The position numbers and the translations under genes were made by a program. DNA of 64,000 nucleotides, from contig NZ_OZ250143.1 of the NCBI RefSeq assembly GCF_965237495.1, forward strand, positions 515,918-579,917, read 5' to 3'. This DNA comes from Candidatus Palauibacter sp. (GTDB taxonomy: Bacteria > Gemmatimonadota > Gemmatimonadetes > Palauibacterales > Palauibacteraceae). A model generated the notes under the pieces. The model was not told where the DNA came from. It did no database searches and saw only the letters and a program-made list of their open reading frames with translations. This document shows positions 58,768 to 64,000 of this stretch, in pieces (positions within the stretch are counted from its first letter, which is position 1; each line of letters starts with the position of its first letter).

Positions 58768-59343
58768 TCATTGGGACCCGCCGGGGGACCCGCCGGCCTT
58801 GAGCAGGCGGGCGAGCGCATCCTCCATTGCGGTCCGGACCTCGCCGCCCCAGGCGGTCAGAAGCACCGTCTCGAGCGCGTCGTCGCGGGCCAGCGCCTCG
58901 GCCACCGTCTCGACCGCGATCCGGCAGGCGGGCCCCACCGGGTATCCGAACGTCCCGCAACTGATGGCCGGGAAGGCGACGGTTCGAAGCCCGATCCCGA
59001 TCGCGAGCCGGAGCGACTCCTGATAGCAGGAGGCGAGCAGCCCCCTCTCCCCCCGGCCTCCACCCTGCCACACCGGCCCCACCGCGTGGATCAGGTAGCG
59101 GGCCGGGAGCCGGAAGCCCGGCGTGATGCGAGCTTCGCCCGTCGGACAGCGCACACCCGGGTGCGCCTCCGGCAGCGCCCGGCAGGCCCGCAGAAGCTCG
59201 GGCCCGGCGGCCTTGTGGATCGCCCCGTCCACGCCGCCGCCCCCCGCCAGTTGCTCGTTGGCCGCGTTCACGATCGCGTCCACACGTATCGTCGTGAGGT
59301 CGCCGCCCCAGATCCTGAGGCGAGACTCGATCAACTCGATCAC
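58768..59343 (-). CDS. Macro-domain protein (O-acetyl-ADP-ribose deacetylase, YmdB-like)
   Basis: DAIVNAANEQLAGGGGVDGAIHKAAG and AFPAISCGTFGYP macro-domain motifs. Confidence 0.85.
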   Translation of the reverse strand: MIELIESRLRIWGGDLTTIRVDAIVNAANEQLAGGGGVDGAIHKAAGPELLRACRALPEAHPGVRCPTGEARITPGFRLPARYLIHAVGPVWQGGGRGERGLLASCYQESLRLAIGIGLRTVAFPAISCGTFGYPVGPACRIAVETVAEALARDDALETVLLTAWGGEVRTAMEDALARLLKAGGSPGGSQ

Positions 59344-59444
59344 CGCACCCCCTTTGCCGCCGACACTCCGTGGTCCTTAGGTTTCCGATTCCGAGACGCG
59401 TTCCGGAGCCGGGCACCCGTGTACCCATTCCGAGAGGATGGCTG

Positions 59445-61013
59445 TTGCGCAAGCTTCGCATAGGGATTGTGGATCTGGTCGCCAAGGGGCCGACGAAGGC
59501 GCTCTACGCGAAGGTCATGCACGCGAACCTCGCGAGCATCATGCCTCAGGTGCTCGCCGTGTGGTGCGAGGAGGCCGGCCACGACGTGAGCCTCGTCTGC
59601 TACACCGGCCTCGAGGACCTCGTCGACGACCTCCCGGAGGATATCGACCTCCTCTTCGTCGGCGCCTTCTCCCAGGGGGCCCAGCTCGCCTATGCGATCA
59701 GCGAGATGTTCCGCCGGCGCGGTGCCGTCACCTGCGTCGGCGGGCCGCACGCGCGCTGCTATCCGCAGGATGCGCAGAAGTACTTCGACTACGTGTTCGG
59801 CTTCACCGACAAGGCCACGCTGAACGAAGTGCTGGACGACTGCCAGCCGCACCGCCCGCTGGGCCGCCACGTGACGGCCGAGATGCAGCCACTCTCCCTG
59901 CCTGGAGTACGGGCGCGCTGGAAGTACATCGAACCGACGCTCGAGAAGGCGCCGCTGATCAAGATAGTCCCCATGATCGGCAGTCTCGGGTGCCCCTACA
60001 CATGCAGCTTCTGCATCGATTCGGTCGTTCCCTACCAGCCGCTCGACTTCGACGAGATGCGCGACGACCTCCGCTTCATCGCGCGCAAGATGAAGAAGCC
60101 GATGGTCGGCTGGCACGACCCAAACTTCGGCGTCCGCTTCGACGACCATCTGGGCGCGATCGAGGAAGCCGTTCCGCCGGGAACCATCCAGTTCATCGCC
60201 GAGAGCAGCCTGTCGCTCCTCGCCGAGCCGCGCCTCAAGCGTCTGGCGAAGAACGGGTTCCGCGCCATCCTCCCCGGCATCGAGTCCTGGTACATGCTCG
60301 GGAACAAGTCGAAGTCGCGGAACCGCCACGGCATGGAGAAGGTCAGGCAGGTGTCGGAGCACTCGAACCTCATCACGAGTTACATCCCCTATCTCCAGAC
60401 CAACTTCGTGATGGGGCTGGACTGCGACGAAGGTCCCGATCCCTTCGAGTTCACGAAGAGGTTCCTCGACGCGTCGCCCGCGGCTTTCCCCGCCTACTCG
60501 CTGCTCACGTCGTTCGGGCAGGCGGCGCCGCTGAACCTCGAGTACCAGAAGGAGGGACGGCTCCTCGGCTTCCCGTTCCACTTCCTCAACAACCATCACG
60601 CGATGAACCTGAAGCCGAAGAACTACGAGTGGATCGAGTTCTACGATCACGTGATCGATCTCTCGAAATACTCCTTCTCGAAGCGCGCCATCTGGCGACG
60701 GCTCAAGGCCAACAGAGGCGGCATCCCGCGCATCATGAACGTCGTGCGCGCGATCTCCTCCGAGGGGAAGGGGCGGATCGAGTACTTCAGCACCGTGCGT
60801 GAGAAGCTCGCGACGGACACGAAGTTCAGGGACTACTTCGAGGGAGAGTCGCAGGTGCTGCCGCAGTTCTTCATCGACCGGGTGAAGAACGACCTCGGTC
60901 CGCTGTGGGAGTTCCTGCCCGAGGGCGGGCTCGAACACGATCGCAACGCCTACCTCAAGAGCACCGGCGGCGTGCCGCGGGAGCAGGCGCGGGCCGGGGC
61001 GCTCGCCCACTAG
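59445..61013 (+). CDS. B12-binding-domain radical SAM protein
   Basis: CX3CX2C in GCPYTCSFC. N-terminal Rossmann-like B12-binding region. TTG 59445 with a GAGAGGA SD 6 nt upstream is the preferred start. The ORF-track GTG at 59370 is the alternative. Confidence 0.75.
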   Translation: MRKLRIGIVDLVAKGPTKALYAKVMHANLASIMPQVLAVWCEEAGHDVSLVCYTGLEDLVDDLPEDIDLLFVGAFSQGAQLAYAISEMFRRRGAVTCVGGPHARCYPQDAQKYFDYVFGFTDKATLNEVLDDCQPHRPLGRHVTAEMQPLSLPGVRARWKYIEPTLEKAPLIKIVPMIGSLGCPYTCSFCIDSVVPYQPLDFDEMRDDLRFIARKMKKPMVGWHDPNFGVRFDDHLGAIEEAVPPGTIQFIAESSLSLLAEPRLKRLAKNGFRAILPGIESWYMLGNKSKSRNRHGMEKVRQVSEHSNLITSYIPYLQTNFVMGLDCDEGPDPFEFTKRFLDASPAAFPAYSLLTSFGQAAPLNLEYQKEGRLLGFPFHFLNNHHAMNLKPKNYEWIEFYDHVIDLSKYSFSKRAIWRRLKANRGGIPRIMNVVRAISSEGKGRIEYFSTVREKLATDTKFRDYFEGESQVLPQFFIDRVKNDLGPLWEFLPEGGLEHDRNAYLKSTGGVPREQARAGALAH

Positions 61014-61299
61014 GACGAGGGGCCGCTGCGACGGGCGGCTCGATCGGGCCGCCCCGGGGTAGGTCGACACGCCATGTCACGCGCATTCGTCAACGAAGAC
61101 GCGGCTCACGAACCCGAGCCGCGCTACACGCTCCCCCCGCGTGAGTCGCCACGGTTCGACGCGGCCGCGGCCCGAGCCCTTCTCGAAGGCGCCCACATCG
61201 GAAACACGCAGAGCGCCGAGGCCGCGACGGGCTACACGTGGGGCGATCCCGTCCTGATCCCGCACATCGAGGATCTCATCTGCGAAGCGGAGGGGCTCG

Positions 61300-61621
61300 G
61301 TGACGAGCGGATGGCTCGCCTCGTGGGGCGCGGCCTGCGGCGACGACGGCGGCGAAGTCACGGGTCCCCGCGAGACGCCGAACCAGAGTCCCGTCGCGGT
61401 CGGCGAGATCGAGGCGCAGACCGCTTTCCTCGGCGATACCGTCGCGGTGGACGTGTCGAGTGCGTTCCGGGATCCCGACGGCGACCCCCTCACCTTCATG
61501 GCCGCCTCCTCGGACCCGTCGGTCGTCGGCACCTCCGTTTCGGGGAGTCGGGTCTGGCGTGTCGCGGGGCAGCGCGACCGTGACCGTGACGGCGCGCGAC
61601 CCTGACGGCGCGCGACCCTGA
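61300..61621 (+). pseudogene. Degenerate 5' region and first repeat of the surface-protein gene, with a frame change near 61550 and a 16-bp tandem duplication
   Basis: The first repeat reads in frame 1 up to SVSGS, and in frame 2 from SRGSATVTVTARDPDG onward. The tandem GGCGCGCGACCCTGAC x2 at 61588-61619 introduces a TGA. Deleting one copy rejoins this region to the downstream frame. Confidence 0.45.
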
Positions 61622-61673
61622 CGGCGCCGAGGCCCGCCAGAGTTTCAGCGTCGAGGTTCCGAACCGGGGTCCG

Positions 61674-64000
61674 ATGGCCGTGGGGCAGATCCAGCCGCGG
61701 ACGATATTCCTCGGCGGGACCGCGACGGTGGACGCGTCCCCGGCCTTCAGCGATCCGGACGGCGACGAACTCAGCTTCGCCGCGGCCTCGTCGGACACGG
61801 CATCGGTGCTGGCGTCGGTCTCGGGCAGCGAAGTAACGCTGGAGGCGTTGAAGCGCGGGACCGCGATGGTGACGGTGACCGCGCGGGATGCGGACAGCCT
61901 CGAGGCCACCCTGAGCTTTGAAGTCACGGTCCCCAACCGGCCGCCAGCCGCCGTGGGCGAGATCGAGGCGCAGACGATATTCCTCGGCGAGACGGCGACG
62001 GTGGACGCGTCCCGGGCCTTCAGCGATCCGGACGGCGACGAGCTCAGCTTCGCCGCGGCCTCGTCGGACCCGGCATCGGTGCTGGCGTCGGTCTCGGGTA
62101 GCGAAGTAACGCTGGAAGCGCTGAAGCGCGGGACCGCGATGGTGACGGTGACCGCGCGGGATGCGGACAGCCTCGAGGCCACCCTGAGCTTTGAAGTCAC
62201 CGTCCCCAACCGGCCGCCAGCCGTCGTGGGCGAGATCGAGGTGCAGACGATATTCCTCGGCGGGACCGCGACGGTGGACGCGTCCGCCGCTTTCGGCGAT
62301 CCCGATGGCGACCCGCTCACCTTCGAGGCATCCTCGTCGGACACGGCTGTGGTCCGCGCCTCGTCTTCGGGCAGCGAGATGACGCTGGAAGGCCTGGGCC
62401 GCGGTGACGCGACGGTGAGCGTGACAGCCCGCGACACGCACGGCGGCGAGGTCGACCAGAGTTTCGAGGTGGCGGTGCCCAATCGGCCGCCCGCGGCGAC
62501 CGGCGAACTCCCGCCGCAAACACTGCTTCCCGGCGAGACGGTCACGGTGGACGTATCCACGGCGTTCAGTGATCCGGACGGAGATTCGCTCGCCTTCGAG
62601 GCGACCTCCTCGAACTTGGGGGTGCTCGGCGTCTCTCTCGCCGACCGCGTCGGCGAGGTCACGCTCGAAGGCGTGGCGCGGGGAACGGCAACCGTGTCAG
62701 TCACGGCGCGCGACCCGGACGGCGCCGAGGCTGGCCAACGCTTCGAGGTCACGGTCCGGAACCGGAATCCCGTGGTCGTGAGCGACCTTCCTCCCCGGAC
62801 GTTGCTCCCGGGCCAAACTGTGACGGTCGATGTGGCGGGGGTGTTCCGCGATCCCGATGGCGACCCGCTCACCTTCGAGGCATCGTCGTCGGATACGGAA
62901 GTGGCCGCTGTCTCCGCCATCGCCAGCGAGGTGACGGTGCGGGGCGTCTCGAAGGGCACCGCGACGGTAACGGTGACGGCCCGGGACGACCACGGAGGCG
63001 ACGTGCGGCAGAGCTTCAGCGTAAAAGTCCCGAACGGGCGGCCGGTCATCAGCGGAGCGATTCCGGCGCAGACCGTGGAGGAGGGCGCGACGACGACCGT
63101 GGATGTCGCTTCCTACTTCAGCGATCCGGACGGCGATGCCCTCGATTTCGGCGCTTCGTCGTCCAACGCAGCGGTGGCCGATGTGTCCACGTCAGGGAGC
63201 GGCGTGACCATCGAAGGGGTGACCGCCGGGTCCGCGTCCGTCACGGTCGCCGCGCGAGATCCGGACGGCGGCGAGGCACGTCAGAGCTTCGGCGTGACGG
63301 TGAGGCCGCCGCCCCCACCCAACCAGAGGCCGGTGGTGTCGAGCGCGATCCCGGCGCAGACCGTGCGGGAGAACGTGAGCGTCTCGGTGGATCTGGACGG
63401 CCACTTCCGCGACCCGGAAGGCGGCGCGCTGGACTACGGCGCGGCGAGTTCCAACGAAGGCGTGGCGACGGCGGACATTTCCGGCAGCGACGTGGTGGTG
63501 GGAGGGGTGCGTGAGGGGACGGCCACGGTGACGGTGACGGCGACGGATCCCGGAGGCCTGAGCGCCGACCAGGAGTTCGGCGTGACGGTGAGGCCGCCGC
63601 CCCCACCCAACCAGAGGCCGGTGGTGTCGAGCGCGATCCCGGCGCAGACCGTGCGGGAGAACGCGAGCGTCTCGGTGGATCTGGACGGCCACTTCCGCGA
63701 CCCGGAAGGCGGCGCGCTGGACTACGGCGCGACGAGTTCCGACGAAGGCGTGGCGACGGCGGACATTTCCGGCAGCGACGTGGTGGTGGGAGGGGTGCGT
63801 GAGGGGACGGCCACGGTGACGGTGACGGCGACGGATCCCGGAGGCCTGAGCGCCGACCAGGAGTTCGGCGTGACGGTGAGGCCGCCGCCCCCACCCAACC
63901 AGAGGCCGGTGGTGTCGAGCGCGATCCCGGCGCAGACCGTGCGGGAGAACGCGAGCATCTCGGTGGATCTGGACGGCCACTTCCGCGATCCGGAAGGCGG
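61674..64000 (+). CDS. Very large repeat-rich surface protein with tandem cadherin-like/Ig-like (dystroglycan-type) domains; partial, continues beyond the window
   Basis: At least 9 tandem ~91-99 aa repeats with the pattern ...P.QT...G.T.TVD.S.AF.DPDGD.L.F.A.SSD..V..VS.SGS.VT.......G.ATVTVTA.D.DG......F.V.V.N..P. The open frame from 61620 runs to the window edge. The ORF track does not report it because no stop codon falls within the window. Confidence 0.7.
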   Translation, partial: MAVGQIQPRTIFLGGTATVDASPAFSDPDGDELSFAAASSDTASVLASVSGSEVTLEALKRGTAMVTVTARDADSLEATLSFEVTVPNRPPAAVGEIEAQTIFLGETATVDASRAFSDPDGDELSFAAASSDPASVLASVSGSEVTLEALKRGTAMVTVTARDADSLEATLSFEVTVPNRPPAVVGEIEVQTIFLGGTATVDASAAFGDPDGDPLTFEASSSDTAVVRASSSGSEMTLEGLGRGDATVSVTARDTHGGEVDQSFEVAVPNRPPAATGELPPQTLLPGETVTVDVSTAFSDPDGDSLAFEATSSNLGVLGVSLADRVGEVTLEGVARGTATVSVTARDPDGAEAGQRFEVTVRNRNPVVVSDLPPRTLLPGQTVTVDVAGVFRDPDGDPLTFEASSSDTEVAAVSAIASEVTVRGVSKGTATVTVTARDDHGGDVRQSFSVKVPNGRPVISGAIPAQTVEEGATTTVDVASYFSDPDGDALDFGASSSNAAVADVSTSGSGVTIEGVTAGSASVTVAARDPDGGEARQSFGVTVRPPPPPNQRPVVSSAIPAQTVRENVSVSVDLDGHFRDPEGGALDYGAASSNEGVATADISGSDVVVGGVREGTATVTVTATDPGGLSADQEFGVTVRPPPPPNQRPVVSSAIPAQTVRENASVSVDLDGHFRDPEGGALDYGATSSDEGVATADISGSDVVVGGVREGTATVTVTATDPGGLSADQEFGVTVRPPPPPNQRPVVSSAIPAQTVRENASISVDLDGHFRDPEG

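Noticed and set aside
61074-61583. 169-aa ORF upstream of and overlapping the adhesin 5' region
   Set aside because: The first ~85 codons might encode a small protein, but the remainder is an off-frame Arg-rich reading of the adhesin repeat. There is insufficient evidence to call it.

Overview
This is a 64 kb chromosomal window from a high-GC (~70%) diderm bacterium: it encodes an RND pump with an outer-membrane factor, and several lipoproteins and Tat substrates. Ordinary metabolic and transport genes are mixed with three accessory patches, each carrying a different IS family. Two of the three IS copies interrupt defense-like genes.

Patch 1 (0.3-10.1 kb):
- A solitary C5-cytosine methyltransferase lies divergent to a Type III-like R-M operon.
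- The operon's mod gene is unusually large (~1095 aa once reconstructed). It is split by an IS3-family element of 1334 bp with a 4-bp ATAC target duplication. The res gene is intact and its start overlaps the mod stop.
- A VapBC-type toxin-antitoxin pair follows.

Patch 2 (24-28.2 kb):
- A cupin-4 gene remnant.
- A Tat-lipoprotein flavin amine oxidase with ATC at the position where the start codon is expected.
- A small Mrr_cat-like nuclease-domain ORF.
- An IS1380-family element.

Patch 3 (50.9-54.2 kb):
- An AAA_21-type ATPase gene cleanly bisected by an IS1182-family element (1655 bp, no target duplication).

Core genes recognised:
- Translation and stress: typA/bipA and a GroES-like Cpn10 protein.
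- Redox enzymes: a form-II coxSLM-like molybdo-flavoenzyme cluster, gamma-glutamyltranspeptidase, succinate-semialdehyde dehydrogenase and a MhpD-family hydratase.
- A tetR / outer-membrane factor / membrane-fusion protein / RND efflux operon, plus cysC.
- A fused FeS-membrane subunit (PsrBC-like), a molybdopterin catalytic subunit and a TorD-like chaperone.
- Transporters (AI-2E, AtoE).
- Assorted small enzymes: a SixA-like phosphatase, a class-C beta-lactamase-like hydrolase, a Vgb-like lyase and a macro-domain protein.
- A MATE/MOP transporter with an apparent frameshift.
- A B12-binding radical SAM enzyme.

Unusual items:
- A tandem pair of paralogous zinc-ribbon membrane proteins, co-oriented with the GroES-like gene and divergent from a PadR regulator that has a perfect 19-bp palindrome in the shared promoter.
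- A perfect 6x13-bp tandem repeat in the 5' region of a secreted Cys-rich protein gene.
- A very long repeat-rich cadherin/Ig-like surface protein gene running off the window end. Its 3' repeats are near-identical, and its 5' end carries a 16-bp tandem duplication and a frameshift.

No rRNA, tRNA or CRISPR array was recognised.
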